Positions 1 through 12,193 of a DNA stretch of 64,000 nt are shown in pieces. The stretch covers positions 930,001-994,000 of the forward strand of contig NW_027191457.1 of NCBI RefSeq assembly GCF_011745625.1, in the 5' to 3' direction. The position numbers were made by a program, and so were the translations under genes. This DNA is from Cladosporium halotolerans (taxonomy: Eukaryota). Below the pieces are notes generated by a model, which did not search any database, had not been told where the DNA came from, and worked only from the letters and a program-made list of their open reading frames with translations. Position 1 is the first letter of the stretch, and every line of letters starts with the position of its first letter.

Positions 1-1165
1 CGAGCCAATGCCTCGTGGCCTCGTGGTTCGCGACGCGTACGTCTCAAATTGAGATCTCCTACCTGTGGGTGTTCTTCTCGACCGGCTGCGAAATGGCAAC
101 GAATATGAACAATTTGAATGCCTTCCAAAGAGTATGTTCCTGAGAGACATATCGACACACCAGCGAACCTTAACTCCCCACACATCGGCTCCGGCAATGG
201 CGGGGAGGCTCCAGAGCTCGTACCGCACGACCCTCGAAATCTGCAGGCGATAAGGTTGAGGTCGTGGTCCTCTTCATGTGTGAGGTGCTCGCTTTGGTAA
301 AGGCAGTGAGCATAGTCTCTCTCAGCCATTCCTCGAAGGTCTTTGAAGGTCGTCGTTCGGAGGACCACGAGCATTTTCGCACTGGCATGGACGACCGAGC
401 TTTATGAATGGCGGATGCACCACACGACGTATACTACAGCGATCTTGAGGGTCTCAAATCGTATATACTCACTGTTTGATTGGTAGGATACCAGAATTAG
501 TAAAACAGAAGCTGTGCAGAATCCAGCCACACATGAACTATTATTTCCACAGATTCTCATCGCCATTGAGCCATGCTCAACGCCAACTCGACATCAACGA
601 GAAATGGCGGTGCCTAAAAGGATTGATAGCAGACAAATCGTTTCGAGGCTCGACGCAGATGAGTTAAACGTACCTGATACGACGCAGGAGGGTTGGCGGT
701 AGAGATTGTGAGAGAGACCCGACGTTGGCTTCATTGGGGATGTGTGCATGTTGTAGCATCTGGCAGTGTCCTCATGCAGAGTACACGAGAACCTTGCCAA
801 ATTGTGCCACCGGTGCCTGAGTACGTATGTAGGGTGCAAAGGGCTTTTTCCAACAGCAATGATCTATCACATTGACTTAAGTGGGTCGCCAGCGCTACAG
901 TAAGACGAAGGAAGCGCTAACCAGAAGAGTGATGAAGACGGGCATCGACCGCCTTTGTCTGGCGTTTCACATGTCACTACTCTTGTGAAACTGTCCTGAC
1001 GACTCTTGTGCCATTGACTCAGATCACAGCACGTGATATCACGGCGTGAAGCCTTATTTGCCGCTCGACTTGCGCGGTCGTTCCTTCTTATTGCAAGACC
1101 CACAGTACCTTCAGTCATACAGATTGATCGGAATACTCGACACTCCCTCGAGCTCATTTAGAAAC

Positions 1166-1918
1166 ATGGCATCCGAACTCACGGTCCTCAAACAGCCAGT
1201 TGCAGTTCGACCAGAGCACGTTTGCTCTCACACCACGACTTTTCGTGTGAGGCAACATTGCCTTAGCTGGTCCTTCGGTGATTTTACCGTCACGGAGACT
1301 CCCCAAGCCGACTCATCCTCTTCATCCTCCCCACTGTTTACCGTGGACGGCAAAGCTGGCTCTTGGACTCAAAGGCGCGCGGTACGAGATGCTTCCGGTC
1401 TACCAGTTTTCGATATGCGACGCAAGAACGTGGGGGCAACGTGGTTTGTCGAACTTCCTGGAGGCAGTTCTCCCCTTATCACGCTCGCGCCTCGGCGAAA
1501 CGACATGAAAGACAGGTTAGACGTCTACGTTCACGGTGAAGAAGAAGTCAAGCTGGAGGTGCGCGGCCTCGACGTCTGGAAAAAGGTCACTCACGTGTAC
1601 CTCGACGAACGCCTGGTCATGGTTGTGAAGCTCGTTAACTTGCTCTCTGTCTACGTGCCATTTCTCAAAGACAATCAGTGGGATGTGCGCGTCTCCCAAG
1701 GAATGGACGCCTCGCTCGTACGTCAAGTTGTCTTTCACTTCGTGGTAGTTCCTTATTCGGCTCGCTGACATCCGCGACAGGTCCCAGCGATCATGGTGGT
1801 CCTTGCTGCAAACATGTACGACAGCAGCCTTTTGGTGACTGGCTCATCAGCTACTGGACAAGAAGGCGCGGCAACAGCAGGTGCAAGCGGCAGAGCTACC
1901 GGTGACAGCGGGAAATGA
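1166..1918 (+). CDS. LURP-one-related / tubby C-terminal-like (scramblase-fold) protein; intron 1718-1780
   Basis: ATG 1166. Typical LOR pattern (SWSFGDFTV, LFTVDGK, VRDASGLPVFDMRRK, VSQGMDASL). GTACGT donor, GCTGAC branch and CAG acceptor. Exon 2 gives VPAIMVVL and ends at TGA 1916-1918. Confidence 0.75.
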
Positions 1919-2451
1919 TCCTTTCGATATGGGGGGTTCGAGGCATCCAAATCGGCAAAGGGCTAAGCGTAGAAACCGAGTACGGTTGGAAGGAGGGCAG
2001 AGCCTGATGTCTGTCCGCCTCAATGACAGCCACGCGATCTTCCTACGGGCTTTCTTGATCTTGAATTCGAAAGATTAGTCTGTCTTATAGAATGTTAGCT
2101 CTATGTTTCAGACACTCACTCTTCAAAAATATTCCTCTGATGTTGATACTGCTCGAATTAGAGTTTAGGAGTACAGGGTAGAAAAGCATCTTGAAGATCG
2201 TCAGACATGTGGCGCAAAATCCGCCGATTGGGGCGCTGATCGACCCTCGAAAAGTGGCCGTGAGTTGGCGCTTCTGATGTCACTCCAGGTGAGACTTGGA
2301 TAGCATTCCCCTCTCTCCATTCTGCCGACCTCTGCAGACTTAGCGATTAATATAATTAGACTTGGGTGTCTCAGAATACACGTTTGCAACCTTCTGTCGC
2401 TCGCCGTCTTACTACAAGTATAAATCGAACCGCGCATCACATTCTCGAAAC

Positions 2452-3729
2452 ATGGCTACGACTCCAGACAAGAAACGCCGATTGAGCAGCATCTTTGGCA
2501 CTAAGAAGAACAAGGACGGAGCTCCCTACAACACTCACCATGAAGCAAATCCTTCCACAAGTACTGCAGGCCAGTCCGACTCGGCCTACGCAAGTAGTGC
2601 TCACCCATCATCTAAGAGAAACTCCCACGCGGAGATTGTACCTATGGAAAACAATGGCAGTATCGAAGGTGTGAGTCCAGATCGCAACCTTGCTCTGAAC
2701 AGAAACACCGGACAGGTCGTCGACGATGATACCGGTCAAGTCGTCACAACCACCACGACCACCACAACAACGACCACTACGACTACAGGCGGCAAGAAGA
2801 ACACTCAGGTCCAAGTCAGTACCGAGAAAGACGGACAACCCGTGTTAGCCGAAGCGCCAGGCGACATACCTTCGAGAAGCAACACAGCATCTCGCTCGCC
2901 CGGGCCACCTGTAACCAATGCTACGGGCCATTCGCCGGTTGGTTATCCGCCTCAATCGCATTCTCCTGCCAACAACGCCGCTCCTTCACAATCTTATGCT
3001 CCTCCACAATCGTATCCTCCGACCCAAGCAGACTCAGGCGCCGTCCCTGTACCAGCGCGAAACCCCATGCGCGAACGCGAACCCATGGATCCAGTCAGCC
3101 CTCTACGTCCCAATTTCAGCTATCCGAGCAGGTCGGACCTGCACAATGAGCCTATGCCGCAAGGTGGACCACAATCCAAAGGCACATTTGCCAACCTGAA
3201 GGCGGCGGCTCAGGGCATTCACGTGAGCAATTCTTCTCTGTCATTCGTAAGATATTTTTCTAACCAAGCATCACAGGGCGTCGGCGAAACCCTTCGCGGC
3301 ACGCTGAACAACGAAATCGACTCTCGCTTCCCCCGCAGCGACAGCCAAAAGGCATCCGCCGCGAATGCCAAAAACCAGGCCGTGATCGATGGCGGCAACC
3401 AAGAGATGGCGCGCCTCAGTCTCCACCAATCGAACGACGGCAGCTATGCGCGATCACCCGGCTCTCACGAACCTGTGCCTTCGCAGTTGACTCCTGGGCC
3501 GCCTCAGCAACAGCAACGATATTATCAGCCGCAACAAGACTATCAACCATCACCACAACCCCATCCTGAGCCAACACACAGTTCTTACGGAGGAGGTAAT
3601 ACAATTGGCATGAATGGATCCAATAAAGAGATGAGCCAGGTCCCGCCTTCATTCTCGCCTGAGTCGAGCGCGCCGGAGCAGAAAAAGGGATTAGGGCTAA
3701 GGAAACTGATGAAGCGGAGGCCGGCATAA
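2452..3729 (+). CDS. Conserved-type fungal hypothetical protein, mostly disordered, with poly-Thr tract; probable intron 3223-3276
   Basis: Long ORF from ATG 2452. Removing a GTGAGC...CTAAC...CAG intron joins LKAAAQGIH to GVGETLRGTLNNEID. Confidence 0.75.
   Translation: MATTPDKKRRLSSIFGTKKNKDGAPYNTHHEANPSTSTAGQSDSAYASSAHPSSKRNSHAEIVPMENNGSIEGVSPDRNLALNRNTGQVVDDDTGQVVTTTTTTTTTTTTTTGGKKNTQVQVSTEKDGQPVLAEAPGDIPSRSNTASRSPGPPVTNATGHSPVGYPPQSHSPANNAAPSQSYAPPQSYPPTQADSGAVPVPARNPMREREPMDPVSPLRPNFSYPSRSDLHNEPMPQGGPQSKGTFANLKAAAQGIHVSNSSLSFVRYFSNQASQGVGETLRGTLNNEIDSRFPRSDSQKASAANAKNQAVIDGGNQEMARLSLHQSNDGSYARSPGSHEPVPSQLTPGPPQQQQRYYQPQQDYQPSPQPHPEPTHSSYGGGNTIGMNGSNKEMSQVPPSFSPESSAPEQKKGLGLRKLMKRRPA
2746..2787 (+). 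repeat. ACN codon repeat encoding 14 Thr
   Basis: aca acc acc acg acc acc aca aca acg acc act acg act aca. Confidence 0.9.
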
Positions 3730-4066
3730 ATGAGGACTTTGTCTTGGTATGGCGAATGGCGATGCATTACGATTTCTTCTGAAGTACACGAGTTTGGCGC
3801 AGATTCTGTTGTTAATATTTGCCAATATTGGAACACAAGCGGCACGAATGAATGGGTGACTTTTCGCACATGGCTACATTACTGTTATGTTATGCTTCTC
3901 ACATATCATGTATATACTAATAACATTTTATGACTGACATCTGCGACACTCATTCCGTTGGATACGTACGTCTCAATACCATTAGCATGCGAGACCTCCC
4001 AGTGAAGGATTCTGTGCAATGTTTTCGAACCTTTCGTCTACCACAACTTGTAACTTCCCGTGTGCA

Positions 4067-5329
4067 TCACGAGACACCACCTCTTGCCCCAGCACTGCTT
4101 TCCCCACCACACTCCATCTCATCAACCCTAACCAACGCCTCTCCTTTTCCGCCCTCCTCCCTCTCCCCCTCAACCTCATCCACATATCCATCCTCCACAT
4201 CCTCTTCCTCCCTCACGTTCACCGCCCTCCATCTCTCTACCCGCCTCCTCCAAGGCCCGTAGCACGCCCAAGCCACCAGCCCAAACACCACAAAAGCCCC
4301 ACAAACCGCCCCGCCAATAACATCATACGCATCGCCTGCCCTCTCCACACCCCTCCAAAACCCTCCCTCCAGATCCGGCCGCACCGCCAGCACCATCGTT
4401 AACAGCTGCAGCACGCCGATCGCCAGCGCGACGGCCACCGTCACCCCCGTCAGCACGGCCTGGTAGTACAGGACCGCGATCTCGTCGCTCGCCAGCCGCG
4501 CGGACGCGTACAGCGACATCATCGCCGCGCCGTCCGCCGTGTCGAGCATGCACATCGCGGCCGTGAAGAGTACGGGGAAGATCAGGATCAGCCAGATCGA
4601 GGTGCCGCGCGAGGCTTGGATACTGCTGAGGCCGAGGAGGGCGACTTCGGAGGACGTGTCGAAGCCGAGGCCGAAGAGCACGCCGAGCGGGTACATTTTC
4701 CAGGGGCGGTCGATGAGGTGGAAGAGCTTTTTGAGGAGCGAGGTCATGCAGCCGCCGGCGGGGAAGAGGGTGTTGGAGTCGGCTTGGTGGGAGGTGGGGG
4801 TTGGGGAGCGGATGGCGGTTTGCAGGGCGCGCAGGATCTTGTAGAGGATCCAGGCGTTCATGGCGCCGAGGATGATGAGGAAGGCGGAAGAGACGGAGGA
4901 GCCGATGATGCCGCCGATTGAGGAGAAGGAGTCGAAGCGGTCGCTGATGGCGGCGGAGCTGGCGGCGACGACGATGGAGGTTACGATGACGATCGTGCTG
5001 TGGCCGAGGGAGAAGAAGGTGCCAACTGTGACGGGGCGTTGGCCGGAGGCGACGAGGCGCCGGGTCATGAGGTCGATGGCGGAGATGTGGTCGGCGTCCA
5101 GTGCGTGGCGGAGCCCGAGAGTGTAGGCCAGGACGGCTGTTGAGACGAGTGAGGTGTGAAAGTGGAGGACGATGCCGCATGCGATCCAGACGAGGATATT
5201 GACGAATACTAGGAGGAGGACGATGGCAATCGCCGGCCCTGGCAGACGGCGAAGGTATGGGATCCGCTCATGACAGGCACTCGCTTTCTTTCGCATGCGG
5301 TGGACAATAGGTGGTTTCGTGTTTTCCAT
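4067..5329 (-). CDS. NIC1: High-affinity nickel permease (NiCoT/HoxN family), intronless
   Basis: NiCoT signatures GLRHALDADHISAID, FFSLGHSTIV and GVLFGLGFDTSSE, plus multiple TM segments. ATG at 5329 (the ORF track start is non-ATG). Confidence 0.93.
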   Translation of the reverse strand: MENTKPPIVHRMRKKASACHERIPYLRRLPGPAIAIVLLLVFVNILVWIACGIVLHFHTSLVSTAVLAYTLGLRHALDADHISAIDLMTRRLVASGQRPVTVGTFFSLGHSTIVIVTSIVVAASSAAISDRFDSFSSIGGIIGSSVSSAFLIILGAMNAWILYKILRALQTAIRSPTPTSHQADSNTLFPAGGCMTSLLKKLFHLIDRPWKMYPLGVLFGLGFDTSSEVALLGLSSIQASRGTSIWLILIFPVLFTAAMCMLDTADGAAMMSLYASARLASDEIAVLYYQAVLTGVTVAVALAIGVLQLLTMVLAVRPDLEGGFWRGVERAGDAYDVIGGAVCGAFVVFGLVAWACYGPWRRRVERWRAVNVREEEDVEDGYVDEVEGEREEGGKGEALVRVDEMECGGESSAGARGGVS

Positions 5330-5683
5330 GTTGATTTTGTGCCTCCCGCAAAGCAGCACCGGCTGGGCGTTACTTGAACTTCGTATCCGGTAAGATGGTG
5401 TACCAGCGATGGCCTTGGCCGCCAGGTCACGCCCCTCGCTACGCAATCTTCAGATCTTGTTGCTGCTCAAGAAAACCGGCGCCACTGAGGTGAGAAGACT
5501 GCTGCCGATAAAAGTAGAGCTCCCAGAGGGTGGGTCGCGATAGCGGTGCGGGGCACCAGCCGGCGAAAGTCAAACGGTGCTGTCATCATTCGGCGAAAAC
5601 AAAACGCCGACCAGGATCAACAAGCACATCATTTGACGAATAAGATGAATGCTTGTGTACGCGCCATGCGATGACTGTTCTTA

Positions 5684-7074
5684 TCAGTATTTGGCTACAC
5701 ATAAGCTGGCGTTCGTGCCGCCGAAGCCGAAGCTGTTGGTGAGCGCGACATTGACGGCGTGCTCCTGAGCCACTTTCGGCACATAGTTGCAGTTGAAGTA
5801 CTCTGAAGGGTCTCCGGGCTGGTCAAGGTTGAGTGTTGGTGGCATAATACCCTAGAAATTGTCAGTTGCTTCTTTGCTATATTGTCTAGGTTGACTTACA
5901 TCGCGAATGGCCAGGATGGTGAAGATGGCTTCGACAGCACCCGCTGCGCCTAAAAGATGGCCTACGGCACCCTTCGTGCTGCTGATATTAATGTCCGAAG
6001 CTTTCTGTTTGCCATTGCCTTCCAGCAGCAGACGCTTCACTGCTTTGTTTTCAGAAGCGTCGCCTAATGCTGTGGATGTCGCATGCGCGTTCACATAGTC
6101 TACATCACGCGGCTCAATCTGGGAATGTCTCAAGGCGCTTCGCATCGCCAAGTATGGTCCTTGTCCGTCTTCGCGTGGAGTCGTCATGTGGTGAGCGTCG
6201 GATGATAGACCGTACCCTTTCACTTCGGCATAGATATTGGCGCCACGGGCTTTGGCGTGCTCCAGCTCCTAAACGGCGTCAGTCAGCTCAGCATGGCAGA
6301 GGCCTCGAATAGGTTACTGACCTCGAGAATGACCACGCCAGCTCCCTCTCCGATCACGAATCCTGCTCTCTGTCGGTCGAACGGACGTGACGAAGATGTA
6401 GGATCATCGTTCCAATCTGTCGACAGACTCCTCGCCCTCGCAAATCCGGCGATAGCAAGCGGATGAATGCAAGACTCTGCACCACCCGCAACCATGACGT
6501 TCGCGTCTCCAAAGGCGATCATCCGCGAAGCATCGCCAATCGCATGCAGTCCCGTGGTACAGGCCGTAGTTGCCGCATGATTCGGGCCCTTGAAGCCATA
6601 ACGCATCGAGACGTGCCCAGCCGCCAGGTTGATGAGCAGCCGCGGCACAAACAGTGGGGATATCTTACGATAGCCGCCTCTGTCGAATGCAACGGAGGTG
6701 CTGTAAGCCTCGTCCAGATTACCTATTCCAGAACCCAGCGTGACACCCGTCATCTCCAGATCCTCGTCTTTAGTCGGGTGCCAGCCGGCGTCTTGAAGCG
6801 CCTCGTGTGCGGACGCAACTGCATACTGCGCGAAGAGGGCCATTTGCCGCTCTTCGCTGGCCGGCAGCCAGTCTTTTGCTTGCCAGCGGCCATCGTCGCG
6901 GCTACCTAGCGGAACGAGGCCTGCGACGCGGCTGGGGAGAGTTACGAATTGCGGCCCTCTGGTGATAGTCGAGACAATCCCGGACTGGGAGTCCAGGAGG
7001 CGTCGCCATGTTTGTTTGATGCCGGCTGCGAGCGGCGTCACTGCGCCCAGGCCGGTCACTACGACTCGTCGCAT
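5684..7074 (-). CDS. CEM1: Mitochondrial 3-oxoacyl-ACP synthase (KAS II type); introns 6269-6321 and 5852-5899; about 429 aa
   Basis: [10 protein letters not shown] start, TACTTG catalytic Cys, [21 protein letters not shown] and NSFGFGGTN. Both introns are canonical and keep the frame. Confidence 0.93.
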
Positions 7075-7543
7075 CGCATGCCAATTCTTTTCGGACTTTC
7101 GACTTAAATACAAAAGGAGAGATCGACCTGGCGGATTATGAGTGTTTTGAACGATTTCAAGATCCAAACAGATCGGCAGGCGACGAAGTTCGCGGAGTTG
7201 CGCCGGTTTTGCGGAGAGCTTCGCGTGCTTCGGCTCTCCAGCGCGTCTCGAGCGCGTCCACCCATCCATGGACCTTCCAACAACTCCGTTCGGTACACAG
7301 GACGTAAGTCTCAACATTGTTCAAAGATCATTTCATTCAAGTTCCCGTACTGATATCCCAAGGAATCCCGAAGACAAACGCCTCCGCCATCATGACAGAA
7401 ATTAAGAAGAAGGAAAAACGAAATGCCCCATGCCGTGCCCCAATCCTAACCCGAAGAGCCCCCCCAACCCATCCCATGTATACCAGAATCAAAAACGCCG
7501 CATAAACCAAAAGGAAAAAAGTCCGTTCATCACATGAAGTCGT

Positions 7544-10224
7544 TCATCCAAGCCATCCGTCATCAGCATCATCACCCCTCTTACCTCCAATATCAAGATT
7601 TAGCCGCGGCAGAGCCTCGACCGCAACCTCGCCCAGCTGCGGCGGCGCCTCTTTCTTCTTCCTGGGACTCTGGCTCCTGGCCCGCGCGGCCTGCTCTTCA
7701 ACCGCAGGACCCTCGCGCACGAACTTCGTGTCCCATCCGTCTTCCACCGCGGCGGCAGCCCACGCGCGCAGGCCGTCGTGCACGCCGGAGTAGAATTTCT
7801 CTTTGCAGGTGCGCAGGGTGTTGCCCATTGTTTTCTCGAAGCCGCTGGCTTTCAGCTCGTCGCGCAGGGTGTTGCGGGCGGGTGCTGAGGGCAGCGAGGC
7901 GATCAGGCCGTTGAGAAGGTCGAGGTTTGCGGTCAGGTATGTAGTCGCATCCCATTCTACGCCGCCGATGTAGGGCGCGGCGGGGACAGGAGGCCGTAGG
8001 CCAGGGAAATGGCGCTGGGTGTAAGTTGTTGCGAGCGATTTCTCGCGATCTGCAGAGCTCTCCGGGTTCTCGGCAGCTGCACCAGTTTCGGATCCGGCGC
8101 TATCAGGTCGTTTGGGTAGCGGAACGACATTGAGGTGGTGCAGGAAGATCCAGAAAACTTCTTTGGTGACATTTGTCACTTCCTGGCACCACAGCTTGTA
8201 TGGACGCGGAACCTGCATTCCCAAGACGAAGTCGACCGGTTTCTCGACCTCTGCTTTCTTAGGCTCGCCGAGGTAGGTGAGGATCTTGCGAGCTCGTTGC
8301 TCCAGCTCACCGGCGGACGAGTTGAGAGGAGCTGCAAGGTATGTGACTATACTGTTGTCAGTGGAAAAGCTAAATAACAAAATTGGAGGTACAACTTACA
8401 AAGGACGTTGGCAATGATCGTCCGAGTAGTGTACTCAGCTGGTCCCTTCTTTTCCTCATCAAACACCATTCCCAGCAAGGCCGGGAACAGCTCGTCCGCC
8501 ACTGTCGCCAGCTCCGCCAAGGCCCTCTCAGTCGTGCACAATCCCTTCAAACAAAGTAGCGTCTCGTGCAGAAGCTGGTCCTCGTGCTCTTCACGCCATT
8601 CAATTCCCATCAACCGGTGTAGTAGACCGACGACTTCAGTCATGCCACCTTGCGAGATGAATGTGTCGACCCATGCCACCGTCTCGTTGCGCAGAAGGAT
8701 ACGCAGCTTATGTAACCTGCCGACCTCCACCTTTGTCGGATCCTGATTCTTCCGCAGATAAGTGATGTATTCACTCGCAGCGGGAGTAGCGTGTCCGCGT
8801 CTTCCCCATGAGCTACCAGTGGGAGTAGTCGGCGCGCTGGAATCGCCCATCGAGCCTCCCTTCGGGATGTTGATCGCCATCGATTGCACCTTGCTCCTTG
8901 AACGAGGTTTCTTCGACGGCGAGCTATCACCGCTTCTCTTGTCGCCTTTTGAGAACGTAAAAGTCCGGCTCCTTGCTCTTGAACGCTTAGTCGACTTGCT
9001 ATCATCCTCTGCAAGCCGGTGCTGCTCCAGACTCTCCTGCGATCCCGCCGCTACTGGAGTTTCCATGGAAGATCTGTCGGCGTTCTTCGCACCCTGATCT
9101 TGCCTGACAAAGTCCGCCTTGACTCTCAGAGTCAGCGTCCTCATCCTCTCCCGCATGGGTTCAGGCACGTTCCTCGAGGCGAGCACAGCCTCGAACTCCG
9201 CATCCACGGTCTTCTGATCCAGTGCTGGCTCCTCTTTGGCCGGAGTGCCTTTAGCCTTACCCTGCAAAGCGGCCACGGCAGCCATCACTCTTGCGCCTCT
9301 TTTCGGAATGGTAAGCTTCTCTTTCGCAGCCGGCTGCTCCTCACTGCCTCCGCTGCAAGTCCGGTCGGAATGGCGGTGAGGCAGTGCCGGTCTATCCATA
9401 GCGGCACGACGAGCCTCCTCCCTACTAGGGCGGCGGGCGCTGTCGACAGATCTTCTTGAATCCATACTGGCTCGGGCACTGCTGATTTTACGGCTAAGAC
9501 CTCCGGCGAACCCGTCCGTCGGGACGATGACGGTGCTCTGCGGTCGACTTCTGATGGCAGGTCTGAGACTCGGGGCATCCGCGGTGTGTCCGTTGAAATT
9601 GCGCTGTTTGCTCGGCGAGTAGTCTCTCGGAGTGTACCTGGAGATCTCGTCCTGCACGCTGCTGTCCCGCTTGCTCTCTTGCGACCCACGAGAGACGTGG
9701 TTCTCTGTCGACGCGAATTGGGCCCAGATCGGGGTGTCCGCGGGCTCGACTGCTGAGATGGGAGGTGTGGTATTTTCCTTCTCGTAAGCCTGCGACTGCG
9801 GTGCGTAGGCGAGGTCGCGGGTCGAGCGATTCATCTTGCCGAACATGGCGGAGAGGCTTGTAGAGGACTTGCTCTTTTTGGGCTTGTCGTTTTCGTTCTT
9901 GTTCGGAGAGCGTGAGCCGTACTTGCCGGTCCCGTACAACTTGCTCGATCGCTTAGAAGGCGAGCTGGGCGGGGACTGCGCATTGAGATGCCGCTCGCCG
10001 AGGACTCGAGACGTCGAAGCATGCGGGTGGTCAGGTGGGAGGAGTGGGACGGTCTGCGTGTGGCTCCCGCCATGCATCATGTTGGTAGAGTTCGAGGGTG
10101 TCAGGTCAGGCGAAACCGGGCGGGACTTCGAAGACACGAGAGACTTGAGGAACTTGGAGCTCTTGTTCCGGCGGTGTTGGGGCCTGTCTGGAGTGGCAGC
10201 ATGATGTTCTTGAGGCGTCGTCAT
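7544..10224 (-). CDS. Formin GTPase-binding (Drf_GBD / armadillo-like) domain protein without FH1/FH2; intron 8347-8399; about 875 aa
   Basis: GBD-like segments VDAEFEAVL..RNVP..MRERMRTL..KADFV and LHKLRILLRNETVAWVDTFISQGG..LLHETLLCLKGLC. A GTAAGT...CTGAC...TAG intron joins ORFs 8347-10224 and 7544-8380. Confidence 0.8.
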
Positions 10225-10745
10225 CCTGCGGGTTAGTATGTCGGAGGAGTCAAGTCAAGCGATACAAGTCAATGTATGCTTTCGATCTGCCTTGGGTTCG
10301 ACCGTCTTGGGCGTAAGGCGGCGTGCAGATGTATAGGCATTGCTGGACTCGGTGACGATGTGTTTTGCCAAGGCGTTGCTAGGGGGCAACGCCTCGCCGT
10401 CGGCTGGATCTCACGCGCCAGCGCATTTCCCATGCAAGCCACCATGCCTGCGCGCAACGGCCGACACCGACAATGCTATTCTCCACAGTCAGTGCGTCAG
10501 TGCGTTGGCGGTCAGAATGGTTGTTCTGATGATACTAGCTCTAGTACCCGCTTCTGGTTCTTGAGGCTTCGTTTACTGCGATGGATGCACAGTGGAGATA
10601 AGGCGGCCTTTACGCAAACCTTCTCCTCAAGCTGATCGCCGTACCGTCACGTCATATGCGCGCTGCGTTATTAGAAATACCAGAACACGCAACTCCAGGC
10701 AGGTAGATGTTCTTTTTTTTGTCCACTGAAACCACAGTATACGCA

Positions 10746-11606
10746 ATGCCCGCACCTACAGCAGTCTTCAGCGCAGGCAAGAATGCCCTCATCACCGGCG
10801 CCGCTTCAGGCGTCGGCCTCGCAGTAGCAAAGCTATGCGCATCGCATGGCATGAATCTCCATCTGGTTGACAACAATGCCTCCCTCCTCGGCGAAGCCAA
10901 GTCAAAACTCACCGGAAAGGGCTCTCTTGAGACCCACGAAATGGATGTATCCTCTCTGAAAGATTGGAACAGCCTTCAATCGCAGCTGAAAGACACCAAG
11001 CTCGACTTCCTGCACCTCAACGCCGGCATTGGCGCCAAAGGCGACTGGACGGACTCGGCGTACTTTCACAAGATCTTCGACGTCAACTTCTACGGCGTCA
11101 TCAACGGTATCAACACCTTCTTCCCGCACTTCGAGGGCAACAGCTCCGACGCCAAGGCAATCGTCATTACGGGCTCGAAGCAGGGCATCACCAACCCACC
11201 CGGCAACCCGGCTTACAACGCTTCCAAGTCGGCGCTGAAGACCATCACCGAGCACCTGTCCTTCGACCTCGCCAAGTCCTCGCCGTCAACCAGCGTTCAC
11301 CTCCTGGTGCCGGGCTGGACGTTCACGGGCCTGACCGGCGGCGGCGGGACCAAGACGAAGCCCGACGGCGCCTGGTCCGCCGAGCAGGTTGCCGACCATC
11401 TGTACAAGAAGATGGACGAGGGCAAGTTCTACGTGATGTGCCCCGACAACGACGTCGATTGGGAGACGGACCGCAAGCGCATGATGTGGACCATGGGCGA
11501 CGTGGTGTACGAGCGTATGCCGCAGAGCCGGTGGAGGGAGGAGTACAATGATGAGGCTGCGAAGACTATGGATGGGATGAAGTTGGGTGCAAAGCAGGGG
11601 CAATGA
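10746..11606 (+). CDS. Short-chain dehydrogenase/reductase
   Basis: TGAASGVG cofactor motif, LNAG and catalytic YNASK; intronless. Confidence 0.9.
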   Translation: MPAPTAVFSAGKNALITGAASGVGLAVAKLCASHGMNLHLVDNNASLLGEAKSKLTGKGSLETHEMDVSSLKDWNSLQSQLKDTKLDFLHLNAGIGAKGDWTDSAYFHKIFDVNFYGVINGINTFFPHFEGNSSDAKAIVITGSKQGITNPPGNPAYNASKSALKTITEHLSFDLAKSSPSTSVHLLVPGWTFTGLTGGGGTKTKPDGAWSAEQVADHLYKKMDEGKFYVMCPDNDVDWETDRKRMMWTMGDVVYERMPQSRWREEYNDEAAKTMDGMKLGAKQGQ

Positions 11607-12193
11607 GTTCGTTCGTGAAGACGAATCACATTTGCTAATGGGTCAAATGATAGACGAACACGGTACGGATCAGAATAGTACCCGACATTTGGTCTATAAT
11701 TCTGCCACCCATGTGCATCTGTCTTCATTCCATTCCAAGCAGTCATTCAAGAGAGGTGACGATGCGCCTCCGAGGAAAACCACGCTTTGCACCTAGACAA
11801 AACTTCGAGACAGGCTCGACGAGGATCCTGGTTGTCGTTGTACTCGAAGCTCAGTAGTTCTATGTTGGAGGTTTCAAGACTAAGTCGTCCACATGAAGGC
11901 CTTTCGACCAGATAAGTGAAATACGAGGCCGGCGAGGAAAAGGTTTTCGTGATTTGTTACACTCCTGTCCGATTTAGATGCAATCATTCGAGGTCTCAGC
12001 GGTGCGCATGAACGGCAGGTTGAAAATGTTCGAAGTAGAAGGAAATGAAAAGGTTCTCGTTCTCTCTCGTAAAGACAATGGGTATCGTATTTCATGCTCC
12101 AGCATGCTCTGGCAGGTCAAATGCAACTTTTATGTCCGTGACTCCGTCTCCATCTCCTCCATCGTAAGAGAGTCCCTCGCTTCTCTCCATCGC

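Noticed and set aside
1..1045. Possible - strand gene or relic, with splice-like signals and a frame open from about 375 to the window edge
   Set aside because: No recognisable protein motif or consistent exon chain; it cannot be judged without the upstream sequence.
4067..5329. Intronless, GC-rich NiCoT gene as a bacterial horizontal transfer
   Set aside because: Nic1-type permeases are native to fungi, and the GC pattern matches the skew islands in neighbouring genes.
7075..7317. N-terminal extensions given by the ORF track for CEM1, and likewise at 1046, 2362, 5446, 10707, 18395 and 56697
   Set aside because: They start at non-ATG codons or upstream of the family-typical start, and are artefacts of prokaryote-style ORF calling.
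10367..10379. 13-mer GCCAAGGCGTTGC repeated at 52672-52684, both copies in divergent promoters and containing PacC-type GCCARG
   Set aside because: Many chance 13-mer matches are expected in 64 kb, so two copies are not enough.
5684..11606. KAS plus SDR as a secondary-metabolite cluster
   Set aside because: The KAS is the housekeeping mitochondrial Cem1, and there is no PKS/NRPS, ACP or cluster regulator nearby.
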